DNA of 63,892 nucleotides, filler included, from Octopus bimaculoides (GCF_001194135.2; 8 parts of 8 records of this genome joined end to end with filler, not necessarily neighbours in it), one strand, 5' to 3'; counted from the first letter of the whole stretch, positions 11,465 to 22,890 are shown. The notes: a model not told the origin generated them from the sequence alone. Made by a program: numbers and translations.

Positions 11465-12015
11465 NNNNNNNNNNNNNNNNNNNNNNNNNNNNNNNNNNNN
11501 NNNNNNNNNNNNNNNNNNNNNNNNNNNNNNNNNNNNNNNNNNNNNNNNNNNNNNNNNNNNNNNNNNNNNNNNNNNNNNNNNNNNNNNNNNNNNNNNNNNN
11601 NNNNNNNNNNNNNNNNNNNNNNNNNNNNNNNNNNNNNNNNNNNNNNNNNNNNNNNNNNNNNNNNNNNNNNNNNNNNNNNNNNNNNNNNNNNNNNNNNNNN
11701 NNNNNNNNNNNNNNNNNNNNNNNNNNNNNNNNNNNNNNNNNNNNNNNNNNNNNNNNNNNNNNNNNNNNNNNNNNNNNNNNNNNNNNNNNNNNNNNNNNNN
11801 NNNNNNNNNNNNNNNNNNNNNNNNNNNNNNNNNNNNNNNNNNNNNNNNNNNNNNNNNNNNNNNNNNNNNNNNNNNNNNNNNNNNNNNNNNNNNNNNNNNN
11901 NNNNNNNNNNNNNNNNNNNNNNNNNNNNNNNNNNNNNNNNNNNNNNNNNNNNNNNNNNNNNNNNNNNNNNNNNNNNNNNNNNNNNNNNNNNNNNNNNNNN
12001 NNNNNNNNNNATAAA

Positions 12016-12091
12016 GGCGTAGGCGTGGCTGTGTGGTAAGTAGCTTGCTTACCAACCACATGGTTCCGGGTTCAGTCCCACTGCGTGGCAC

Positions 12092-12159
<68 letters not shown>

Positions 12160-12434
12160 GTGTGTGTGTGTGTCTGTTTGTCAACCCACCATCGCTCGAC
12201 AACAGATGCTGGTGTGTTTACGTCCCCGTAACTTAGCGGTTCGGCAAAAGAGACCGATAGAATAAGTACTAGGCTTACAAAGAATAAGTCCTGGGGTCGA
12301 ATTGCTCGACNNNNNNNNNNTAGAATAAGTACTAGGCTTACAAAGAATAAGTCCTGGGGTCGAATTGCTCGACTAAAGCGGTGCCCCAGCATGGCCACAG
12401 TCAAATGACTGAAACATGTAAAAGAGTAAAAGAG
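12016..12434 (+). mobile_element. SINE family B, well-preserved copy
   Basis: tRNA-like head 12016-12088, (CA)n/(TA)n/(TG)n, then tail CCACCATCGCTCGACAACAGATGCTGGTGTGTTTACGTCCCCGTAACTTAGCGGTTCGGCAAAAGAGACCGATAGAATAAGTAC..CCAGCATGGCCACAGTCAAATGACTGAAAC. Contains an assembly duplication across a 10-N gap. Confidence 0.85.
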
Positions 12435-12875
12435 AGAGTAATATATATGCGCATATAACGATATATATATACCAAACACATATGAATGTATGTATGCTTG
12501 TGTGTAGGGTGTGTGTGTGCGCGTGTGTGTATGAGTGTGTGTCTGTTTGTGCGCGCGCGCGTGTGTATGTGTATGTGTGTATGTCAACAAACGTAAAGAA
12601 CCGACAACTCGTAAAGAAAAACTTCACAACAGATCATTGTCACAGTCTGTTTCACTGCATTATTGTAGTGGAGATTTCTCCCGTCCGTCACGAACAATGA
12701 TCAAACACAATCGCANNNNNNNNNNTATATATATATATATATATATATATAGCTGTATGAATATGTACACACATATATATATACACATGTACACCCACAC
12801 ATTGATGAAATCCACATAGATTTCACTAATATGTGTGTGGATGTGTTTGTGCTTAGAATGGATAAGTGTATATAG

Positions 12876-13440
12876 GCACAGGCATGACTGGGTGGTTCAG
12901 AAGTTTACTTTTGTTACCAAGTGGTTTTTGGTTCGGTCCCACTTCGCAGCAACTTGGACCAGTGCTTACTTCCATACCCCCCACCCGGGGCCAACGAATG
13001 CCTTTCATGTGAATTTAGTGGACAGGAATTGTGGAAGACCGTCCTGCCTATATCTACGCATATGCATACATAGATAGACACACACACACATACATACACA
13101 CACACATACATACGTACACACACATATACGTACATACATACACACACGCACATATATACATATGTACGGACATATATATATATACATATGTACGGACATA
13201 TATATATACATACATACATACAAACATACATAGGTGTCTGTGTTTTTTGTCCCTATGTTGATCTCCCCTTACCGCTTGACAATCAGTGTTGGTTTGTTTC
13301 CGTCCCCGCCACTTAAGGGTTCAACAGAAGTGACTGAAAGAACAAATGAAAGACTTCCAAAAAAAAAAAAACTCTTCAAGACAGTGCCCCAGTATGGCCG
13401 TTGTCTTATGACTGAAACAAGTGAACCAAAAGAGGTAAAA
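12876..13440 (+). mobile_element. SINE family B, old diverged copy
   Basis: Degenerate head 12876-13048, microsatellite, then tail with CCGCTTGACAATCAG..GTGCCCCAGTATGGCCG..ATGACTGAAACAAGT. Confidence 0.6.
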
Positions 13441-13629
13441 TATATTTTTACTTATATTTATATAAATGTGTTTCTATGTATGTACACACATACATACATA
13501 CATACACACGGACGCGCGCGCACACACACACATACATATGTACAGACATACATACACACATACATAGGTGTGTGTTTTTTGTTCCCTTACCGCTTGACAA
13601 TCAGTGATGGTTTGTTTACGTCACAGAAA

Positions 13630-13677
<48 letters not shown>

Positions 13678-13679
<2 letters not shown>

Positions 13680-13984
13680 TCTTCTTTCTTTCATTTGTTT
13701 TCAGTCATTTGACTGCGGTCATGCTGGAGCACTGCCTTTAGTCGAACAAATCGATCCCAGGACTTATTCTTTGTCAGCCTAGCACTTATTCTATTGGTAT
13801 CTTTTGCCGGACCGCTAAGTTTAGGGGAACTTAAACACACCAACATCGGTTGTCAAGCGATGATAGTGGTGTTGGTGTTGGGAGGGACAAACGCAGACAC
13901 ACAAACATATACATTTATACATATATATATATACGACTGGCTTCTTTCAGTTTCCGTCTACCAAATTCACTCATAAGGTTTTGG
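13678..13984 (-). mobile_element. SINE family B, reverse strand
   Basis: TTTCAGTCATTTGACTGCGGTCATGCTGGAGCAC..GGTTGTCAAGCG, then microsatellite and CTTCTTTCAGTTTCCGTCTACCAAATTCACTCA. Confidence 0.8.
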
Positions 13985-14067
13985 TATATATATATATGTG
14001 TGTGTATGTGTGCGTGTACACATATACATACATACACACAGACAGACACACACACACACACACACAT

Positions 14068-14144
<77 letters not shown>

Positions 14145-14455
14145 TACGCACATGTATATATTATATACACCTATGTACATATGCAAGCGTGTACGTATAT
14201 TTATAAGTAAGTTATATATAAATTGTACATGTATATGGGTGTCCTTGTGCGCGCGCACACACATATATAACACAAGCCATTACAACATAATACAATATAA
14301 ATACAATAATAATGAAATATAAAATCGATATGCCACATGTGCACTTACAGAACTATTTCTGTCTTTAGATTCCCCACTAAGTAACCCTCTCCATTTATCT
14401 TAAATATTAGAACAAAATCAGTGTGTAGTAGTAGTGGTGGTGGTGGTAATGATGT

Positions 14456-14504
<49 letters not shown>

Positions 14505-14904
14505 TGTAGTAAGTCATATGGTATTGGAATAGCCTCGTTATTAAACTGTTTCATGAATGAATGCTTCTGACGTCACACAGTCGGTGATGGTGGGTTGTGG
14601 AGGCTGGGCGTTGCATGGAAATATGACAGCAGCTACAAGAGGCGGAGGAGGAGGAGGAGGAAGAAGAAGAAAAAAGATGATGAGGAAGAGAATGAGGAGA
14701 AAGAAGAAACTAAAGAATGAAAAGAAAAAAGAAGAAATAATGATTTCAAGAAGAAGATTATGATTATGAAGAAGAAGAAGAAGAAGAAGAAGAAGAAGAA
14801 AGAAGTAGAGAAAAGAGAAAAAGAAGGAAAGGATGTTTGTAGAAGTAAAAGAGAAGAAAAAGGAGAAAAAGAAAGAAAGCGTGAATAATAACGATGATAA
14901 TAAT

Positions 14905-15026
14905 AATGGTTTCAAATACTGGCCAGTAATTTCAGGGGAGGGGGTAAGTTGATTACATCGACCCCGGTATTTGACTGATACTTATTTTATCGACCCCGAA
15001 AGGATGAAAGGCTGAGTCGACCGCGG
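14905..15026 (-). mobile_element. SINE family A, 3' half
   Basis: AATGGTTTCAAAT..GATTACATCGACCCC..TACTTATTTTATCGACCCCGAAAGGATGAAAGG. Confidence 0.75.
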
Positions 15027-15092
15027 AAAAAGAAGAAGAAGAAGAATATCAACGACAATAATACGAACAAGAAGAACAGTAATAATAATGAT

Positions 15093-15238
15093 AATGGTTT
15101 CAAATTTTGCCACAAAGGTAGCAATTTCGGGAGGGAATGAGTCGATTACATCGACCCCAGTGTTTCAATTGGTACTTATTTTATCGACCCGAAAGGATGA
15201 AAGGCAAAGTCGGCCTCGGTGGAATTTGAACTCAGAAC
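15093..15238 (-). mobile_element. SINE family A, 3' two-thirds, ending at a (TAACCC)3 tract
   Basis: Same core as above, through GGAATTTGAACTCAGAAC, then telomere-type repeats. Further degraded A pieces lie at ~15320-15402 and ~15452-15545. Confidence 0.8.
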
Positions 15239-15639
15239 TAACCCTAACCCTAACCCTAGTACAGGATCCATTGATACCATTGACCTTTGTACAGTACTAG
15301 GCAAGATTGATATCGGAGTGAGTTGAACACAGAACGTACAGAAGCGGAAGAAACTCTGCTAAGCATTTTATCCGACGCTCAAACGATTCAGCCAGCATGT
15401 CGTTCTTAATGGTGTCTGATTTAGGGACAAAGTCAGTAAATTTTTGGGGGACGCCGAAAGAATGAAAGACAACGTTGACCTCCGACTGGATTTCAACCTG
15501 GAATGCAAAGTGGCGGGAGTATTCACCGAAGGCATTTTCCACGTGAAATACACTACAACACAAACACAGACACGCACGCACCCACATACATGTAAACAGA
15601 CACAAACTCACGCAAACATTCACACGCAGTCAGTGTGTG

Positions 15640-16390
15640 AACCACATTGATCTGGTATCAATTAATGACAGCTTAATAACGGATTGATTGGCAAACTGTA
15701 TAGTGAGACTGAGGCACATTGATCTAGTACCTATTACTGACAGCTCGATAAAGTGATTGTTGAACTGTGGTCCGAGACTGAATTACGAGGGGTGTTCAGT
15801 AAAGATTTTCCCTGACTCACTTCCGGTTATTGCAGGAAACGGAATTTGTACAGGTATAATCATACATGTCTCTACATATTGCATTGTAAATTGCAGCTTT
15901 CCACTAGAATTCATGTCTTTTACAGCTGTTGAAGTGGACTAGACCTGGTACCAGTTACTTAAAGCTAGATGGACTGATTGGTTAAACGTGTTCTGTGTTA
16001 ATCTGGTATCACTGACAGCTCGATGGACCGATTAGTGAACAGTGGTCTAACACTGAGCAACGTTAATCTGATATGAATGACTGATGGCTAGGTGGACTGA
16101 CTGGTGGTCTGTGGTTTGATACTGAACTACACTGACAGCTAGTGAGACTGAATAGTGAACCATGGTCTGGGACCGATCTGGTATCAGTTGCTGACAGCTT
16201 CGTAGCTTGATCCGTGAACTATACTCTGAGACTGAACAACGTTAATCGGGTTCCTATTACTGCTTGCTAAGTGGACTGTTTAGTGGCCTGAGGTCTGAGA
16301 CAGAAGAACATTGATCTGGTATCATTGATAGCTATGTGAGATGTTTAGTGGTCTCTGGTCCTAGAGAGAGGCACATTGATCTGCTACCAT
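15640..16390. repeat. Degenerate tandem array, ~65-72 bp unit, about 10 copies
   Basis: Recurrent CATTGATCTGGTATCA/CGTTAATCTG anchors at 15645, 15717, ~15941, ~15997, 16061, ~16175, 16240, 16309 and 16374. Each is followed by CTGACAGCT..GGACTGATT(A/G)GTGAAC..GGTCTGAGACTGA variants. Confidence 0.75.
15784..15938 (+). mobile_element. Possible mariner-type terminal fragment inserted into the array
   Basis: Begins at a TA followed by CGAGGGGTGTTCAGTAAAG, resembling mariner TIR starts (TA|CGAGGG..). It interrupts the array mid-unit. No second TIR seen. Confidence 0.4.
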
Positions 16391-16474
16391 TTCAAAGTAC
16401 ATGTTATATATTACAATATGCTATATTACATTAAATGATACAATACTATACAACATTTCATTACACTACACTAA

Positions 16475-16685
16475 GGTGGCGAGCTGGCAGAATCGTTAGC
16501 ACGCTGGGCGAAATACTAAGTGGCATTTTGTCCATCTTTACGTTCTGAGTTCAAATTCCACCGAAATCGACTTTGACTTTCATTCTTTCAGGGTCGATAA
16601 AATAACTACCAGTTGAGCTCTGGGGTCGATGAAATACACTAGCCTCTCCCCTGAAATTGCAGGCTTTTTGCCAAAATTTGAAACT
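16475..16685 (+). mobile_element. SINE family A, full length
   Basis: GGTGGCGAGCTGGCAGAATCGTTAGCACG head, B-box, core, and tail AAATTGCAGGCTTTTTGCCAAAATTTGAAAC. Confidence 0.85.
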
Positions 16686-16747
16686 ATTTTATAACACCAC
16701 ACTGAACAGCCTTATAAACTATACTACATTATATTACACAATTCTAA

Positions 16748-16972
16748 GGCGGAGGGGAGCTGGCAGAAACGTTAGCACGCCGGACGAAATGCTTAGCGGT
16801 ATTTCGTCTGCCGTTACGTTCTGAGTTCAAATTCTGCCGCGGTCGATTTTACTTTTCATCCTTTCGGGGTCGATAAATTAAGTACCAGTTACGCACTGGG
16901 GTCGATGTAATCGACTTAATCCTTTTGTTTGTCCCCTTTATGTTTAGCCCCTTGTGGGCAACAAAGAAATAA
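16748..16972 (+). mobile_element. SINE family A, subfamily with a LINE-like 3' tail
   Basis: Young-looking head and core. The tail GTTTGTCCCCTTTATGTTTAGCCCCTTGTGGGCAACAAAGAAATAA differs from other A copies and matches 34865-34912. Confidence 0.85.
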
Positions 16973-17687
16973 ATATAGTTGTAGCCGCGATGGTCATATG
17001 TCTGACAGATGACAGACGAGTTGGGGGATTAACAACAACAATAACATCAACATCAAATACAATAACAACAATATCAATAACAATAAGAGCAACAACAAAC
17101 CAGTAACAAATATAACGAGTCAACTTCTATGTGGTTGATCGGCCTGTTAGAAATAGCAACCAAATCTCCCTTACCATGCTTTACTTAAAAAAGAAACAAT
17201 GGATAACGTAAGCTGGAAAACGACGAGATGGTCGAGGGTGGAATATGTCTAATCATAGTTCAGTTCGACCTATGTAACCTACTGTAGTAATAGCGAAGAC
17301 AACAACAACAATGCAAGCAACAAGTACAATAATAACAGTGACTTGCAGAAAAAAACACCACAAACAACAACAATAACAAAACAATAACAACAGAAACGAC
17401 TAATTCTAATAATAACAAGAAAGGTTAACAGTAAGCAGACGACTATCAATAAAGGAGTGCAGACGACGCCTTAAATCATGGCCACCGACTGTAATATGAA
17501 CGCCGTATACTGCTGACCAACTGTAAATGAGAAGTGTCGAGAGAAATGTGAAACGGCGTGGGTGTTAGGAAAACATGCAGTCAAGGACAGCCAGCTAATA
17601 TTTATAATAGAACTGAAACGCTGAAGAAAATCGATTACAGATCAATAGCTGACAGTGCAAGTGCCATATTTAACAAGTCATCTCCTC

Positions 17688-17733
<46 letters not shown>

Positions 17734-17860
17734 TCTCTTTCTTTATCACTCACTTCATATNNNNNNNNNNNNNNNNNNNNNNNNNNNNNNNNNNNNNNNN
17801 NNNNTTAATTAATTAANNNNNNNNNNNNNNNNNNNNNNNNNNNNNNNNNNNNNNNNNNNN

Positions 17861-17902
<42 letters not shown>

Positions 17903-17943
17903 GTATATAAATATATATTTATATATATGTGTGTGTTTGTGTG

Positions 17944-18095
17944 ACATTAAACTGAAGAATTATTCAATGTTTTTTTAATGTAGAATCTACATTTAACATT
18001 TATACTTTTGCAAAAAGAGGATAGACAGGGACTCCGAAGTCCGTTGGTGGTCAACAGGCTGGAACTTCGAAGTCACAGTCATTCTCCTTCTTGCA
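17944..18095 (+). repeat. Unclassified duplicated segment, copy 1 (partner 20441-20560)
   Basis: ACATTAAACTG(A/G)AGAATTATTCAAT..TGTAGAATC..ATACTTTT(G/A)CAAAAAGA..GGGACT(C/T)CGAAGTCCG is shared with 20441-20560. Confidence 0.7.
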
Positions 18096-18305
18096 AAAAG
18101 TATAATGCACCCACACACATGTATATGTCTGTACGTACGTACATACGTATGTATGTCTTATGTATGTGTGTATATATATATTTATGTATGTTTGGGTATG
18201 TGAAAATTGCATGTATGTCTCTATGTATATAAGTATGTGTAGGTGTGTGTCTGAGCGTATGTATGTACATAAGTTTCGGTACATGTTAGTGAATGCATAT
18301 GTTAG

Positions 18306-18526
18306 CTTTTACTTGCTTTAATCATTGGATTGCGGCCACGCTAGGGTAGAGGCCTAGAAGAGTTTCGGTCGAACAAATCGACCCCACTCCAAAAATTATT
18401 TTCTGCTTCAAATCTGGGTCTCTTTTGCCAAACCGCTAAATATAACGGGACGTAAACAAACCAACAACAGTCGTCAAGCGGTGGTGGAGAGGGGAACAAA
18501 CACAACTATAGACACTCACATACTTA

Positions 18527-18588
<62 letters not shown>

Positions 18589-18893
18589 NNNNNNNNNNNN
18601 NNNNNNNNNNNNNNNNNNNNNNNNNNNNNNACACACATAATCTTTTCTACTCTCGGCACAAGGCTCGAAATTCTTCGGGGAGGGGAAGCAGTCGATTAGA
18701 TCGACCCCAGTACGGAACTGGTACTTAATTTATCGATCCTTGAAAGGATGAAAGGTAAAGTCGACCTCGGTGGAATTTGAACTCAGAACGTTGAGACAGA
18801 CGAAATAGCACTAAGCATTTCGCCCGGTGTGCTAACGAATCTGCCATCTCGCCGCCTTTACATGTATACATAATACATGCATGCATACATACA

Positions 18894-18955
<62 letters not shown>

Positions 18956-19098
18956 ACGTGCTTTCAGTTTCTGCCTACCATATCCACTCACAGGGCTTTG
19001 GTCGGACCGAGGCTATAGCAGAAGACAGTCGCCCAAGGTGCCACACAGTGGGACTGAACCCAGAACATGTGGTTGGTAAACAAGCTACTTACCACACA

Positions 19099-19099
<1 letters not shown>
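18306..19099 (-). mobile_element. SINE family B (tail 18306-18505, head 18955-19099) interrupted by a family A insertion
   Basis: Reverse-complement B tail and B head lie in the correct order either side of a microsatellite that contains SINE A. Confidence 0.7.
18641..18858 (-). mobile_element. SINE family A, full length, nested in SINE B
   Basis: Complete reverse-strand copy ending CTGCCATCTCGCCGCC. Confidence 0.85.
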
Positions 19100-19134
<35 letters not shown>

Positions 19135-19952
19135 TTATATACATATACAGACATACACGCACACTCACACCCACATATATACATATACGTATACATAGGT
19201 AAATATGCTTATGCATGTGGACACACACACGCACTCATAGATACGCGCACACACACATAGACTCACATACACATACGCGCACATATATAGACAAAGCAAC
19301 AGATAGATACGTAGATATAGATATAGATTAAGATATAGCCACATGTTGATATCTATTGTAAATGGATGATATCTCTTTTATATTTTAATTGCGGAAATAG
19401 AAGAAAATAAAGAAAATATCAAGCAGCAGCTAAAATTACCCTTATCTGACTATCAATCAGTCTGTCTGTCTACCTGTCTGTCTGTCTCTCTTTCTATCTG
19501 TCTGTCTGTCTATCTGTCTGTCTGTCACACAACTGGCTTTCACGGCTGTCTTCTTGTCTAACTGTGAAACTAACAAACTTCACTTTTTGTATAATAAACA
19601 CATAGACACACACACGGACGCAAGGCAGCTTGAAAAACTATGTAACTATGTCAAGTGAATATAAGAAGTCTCCCACACCTGATTACATACATACATACAA
19701 ACATACATACATACATACATACGTACATACATACATACATACATACATACATGTGTTTGTGTGTGTGTGTGTGAGAGAGAGAGCGTGGTGAACTGGGTTC
19801 GTTTGACGAGTCTACAAAACTTGAAGTTGCATTGAACCGAATCAAATTGTTATAAAATAATGTTTTGTATGTAACTCGTAACAAGTGTGTGGAGTACCAC
19901 TTTCTTTCGTTTGTCCACTCACTCGTATACACATACATACATACATATACAT

Positions 19953-20017
<65 letters not shown>

Positions 20018-20440
20018 NNNNNNNNNNNNNNNNNNNNNNNNNNNNNNNNNNNNNNNNNNNNNNNNNNNNNNNNNNNNNNNNNNNNNNNNNNNNNNNNNNN
20101 NNNNNNNNNNNNNNNNNNNNNNNNNNNNNNNNNNNNNNNNNNNNNNNNNNNNNNNNNNNNNNNNNNNNNNNNNNNNNNNNNNNNNNNNNNNNNNNNNNNN
20201 NNNNNNNNNNNNNNNNNNNNNNNNNNNNNNNNNNNNNNNNNNNNNNNNNNNNNNNNNNNNNNNNNNNNNNNNNNNNNNNNNNNNNNNNNNNNNNNNNNNN
20301 NNNNNNNNNNNNNNNNNNNNNNNNNNNNNNNNNNNNNNNNNNNNNNNNNNNNNNNNNNNNNNNNNNNNNNNNNNNNNNNNNNNNNNNNNNNNNNNNNNNN
20401 NNNNNNNATACCGAGTAATAGTTATGAGGAAACTAATTTA

Positions 20441-20560
20441 ACATTAAACTGGAGAATTATTCAATACTTTTTTATTGTAGAATCCGCATTTACCTATTTA
20501 TTATACTTTTACAAAAAGATTGGGACTTCGAAGTCCGTCGAAGGCCAAGTCACCTTCTTG
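20441..20560 (+). repeat. Unclassified duplicated segment, copy 2
   Basis: Homologous to 17944-18095. Contains the perfect palindrome GGACTTCGAAGTCC (20523-20536). Confidence 0.7.
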
Positions 20561-20966
20561 TTATATATATATACTTATGGCTGTGTGCGTGTGTGCTCCA
20601 TTGCTGTCCGTGTCTTGTAATAGAAGAAATTTATGGGATGCATTAAACAGCCGATTCCTAACTTCCTCGCTTCATCTTCGTTGTGCTGAGAGATTATTCG
20701 TTCACTGACATGGCTGAAAAGAATATCTTTTAAGAAGTTAAGATGCATACATGAGTTCGTTTGTGAGTGTGTGTATAAGAGTGTGTGTGTGTGTTTGTAT
20801 GTATGTGTGTACATATGTGAGTATGGGTGCGTGAGTGTGTGTGTGTATCTCTCTCTCTATATATATATAGACTATTAAGAGTAGATATTAGATAGATAGA
20901 TTGATAGACATTTACATATATACATATGCACACACATATATGTACACACATATAGACAGACAGACA

Positions 20967-21024
<58 letters not shown>

Positions 21025-21207
21025 CAAACACATATACGTGTTGTAATGTAATATAAAGCGGTTAAGATGTTTCAGTGTACATTCGAAAGTAAGTGACGGG
21101 GAAAAGCAGACAGGGCCCCTGTGAGAAATTGAACTGACTATCTGTTGAATATCGTTTGACTGTAATATCCATTACACCAAAGTGACACGCATATATCCTT
21201 ACATGCT

Positions 21208-21261
<54 letters not shown>

Positions 21262-21364
21262 AATATTTATATATATATACACAGACACACATATAAAGAT
21301 ATATACAGATATATCTATATGTGTATATATGTACATATTTATGTATATGAACGTATATCTGTAT

Positions 21365-21409
<45 letters not shown>

Positions 21410-21773
21410 ATATATATATATATATATATATAGATACATATGTGTACATACACATATATGTATGTGAGTATGCATGTACCATATATACATACGTTAATAC
21501 ATACTAACATATGCAAATATACATACACACACAGTACATATATGTATGTGTTTATGTATGCATGTCTTAAATAGATATTTATGCGTGTGTGTTTGTGTGC
21601 TTGTTTCTGGCTAATGGCTACTTAGACGAACATACATACATATATATATAACAATAGGTTACGAGTAATCCTATGTGTAAGCTTGAGAGTATATATAGAC
21701 GTGAAGACGGACGAAATACCTCTAAGCATTTTGTCCGTGCTGACTAATGTGGCAGCTCACCTTTAAATACAAA

Positions 21774-21821
<48 letters not shown>

Positions 21822-22130
21822 TAAAATAGTTAAAGTATGTATTATACGCACACACACTTACATACATATTACTATACATGATATATGCATGCATACACAT
21901 GTATCACTTGTTGCGATTATTAAAGATCTAAACGAAAAACGAAGGACAAGAAAAACATAATTTGCAATGAAAGTTTGAAAACTCTGGAGACTTCGTTGCT
22001 CGCGCAAATAAGAACCCACCTACGAAAAGTAGACAAAATACTGCAAAATACACCCAGAGGATGTAAAACTGGGTGGGTAGGCAAGGCTGTTGGAATCATT
22101 TATGCGAAATTCTTTTAGTCTTTTATTCCT

Positions 22131-22270
22131 CCAGGTCTTATTCTTTGTAAACCTAGTACTTATTCTATCGGTGTCTTTTGCCGAACCGCTAAGTTACGGG
22201 GGTCGTAAACACAACAGCATCGGTTGTCAGTGGATGCTGGATGCTGGGGTGGGGCAAGCACAGACACACA
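22131..22270 (-). mobile_element. SINE family B tail fragment
   Basis: CTTATTCTTTGTAAACCTAGTACTTATTCTATCGGTGTCTTTTGCCGAACCGCTAAGTTACGGGG. Confidence 0.8.
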
Positions 22271-22290
22271 AACATATACACACACATACA

Positions 22291-22321
<31 letters not shown>

Positions 22322-22421
22322 NNNNNNNNNNNNNNNNNNNNNNNNNNNNNNNNNNNNNNNNNNNNTTAATTAATTAANNNNNNNNNNNNNNNNNNNNNNN
22401 NNNNNNNNNNNNNNNNNNNNN

Positions 22422-22680
22422 ATTGGCATCTTATATGTATACCATTCTGCCTAAAGAATGGCTCTACAAATGCAATATCCCTGCATATCTCACATCTATT
22501 TTCATTCCTCCACTTCACTCTCTATTTCATATCTTATCTCAATTGACTATTGCTTAACCGTTTTCTCACACTGTCTCCGATGAATGGATATATAAAATAT
22601 CCTGGAAACAGCTGTAAGACCTTCTATTTTTAAATGTTCTAAAATCTTCACAGCCTTGGTTTTTTATCTCATTCTGAAAA
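22422..22680 (+). mobile_element. Penelope-like element 3' end/pseudo-LTR with HHR-like motif (22573-22620)
   Basis: GTCT-CCGATGA-AT-GGATAT(ataaa)ATATCC-TG-GAAACAGCTGTA-AGAC. Homologous to both arms of the 26375-26652 foldback. Confidence 0.6.
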
Positions 22681-22719
22681 ACATTTTTATATATACACAC
22701 ACTGATAAATGACCTATCA

Positions 22720-22890
22720 TTATCAGTACCATATGACATCCTTTTCTCCATACTGGCTTTGGTGGGATGGTTTGACATGAACAGACAAGCCAGAAGGCTC
22801 CACAGGTTCTATGTCTGCTTTAGCATGGTTTTACAGCTAGACGCCTTTCTAAATACCATCCACTTAACAGAGTGTACTTGGTGCTTTTTA
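22720..22890 (-). mobile_element. RTE-type 3' tail fragment (diverged relative of 23577-23740)
   Basis: TCTCCATACTGGC..GGATGGTTTGAC..TTTTACAGCTAGACGCCTTTCTAAATACCATCCAC..GAGTGTACTTGGTGCTTTTTA parallels 23600-23745. Confidence 0.55.

Noticed and set aside
12258-12373. Exact 53-bp direct repeat either side of a 10-N gap
   Set aside because: Unmerged contig overlap within a SINE B tail; other B copies have it once.
15640-16390. CRISPR-like array
   Set aside because: Eukaryotic context, whole units are homologous (no unique spacers), and no cas genes.
17761-17860. Palindrome TTAATTAATTAA recurring inside N runs (also ~22366, 24792, 34529, 51533, 54479, 62731)
   Set aside because: Always centred in a ~100-bp N spacer. 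It places TAA stops in all six frames, so it is an artificial contig-joining linker, not biology.
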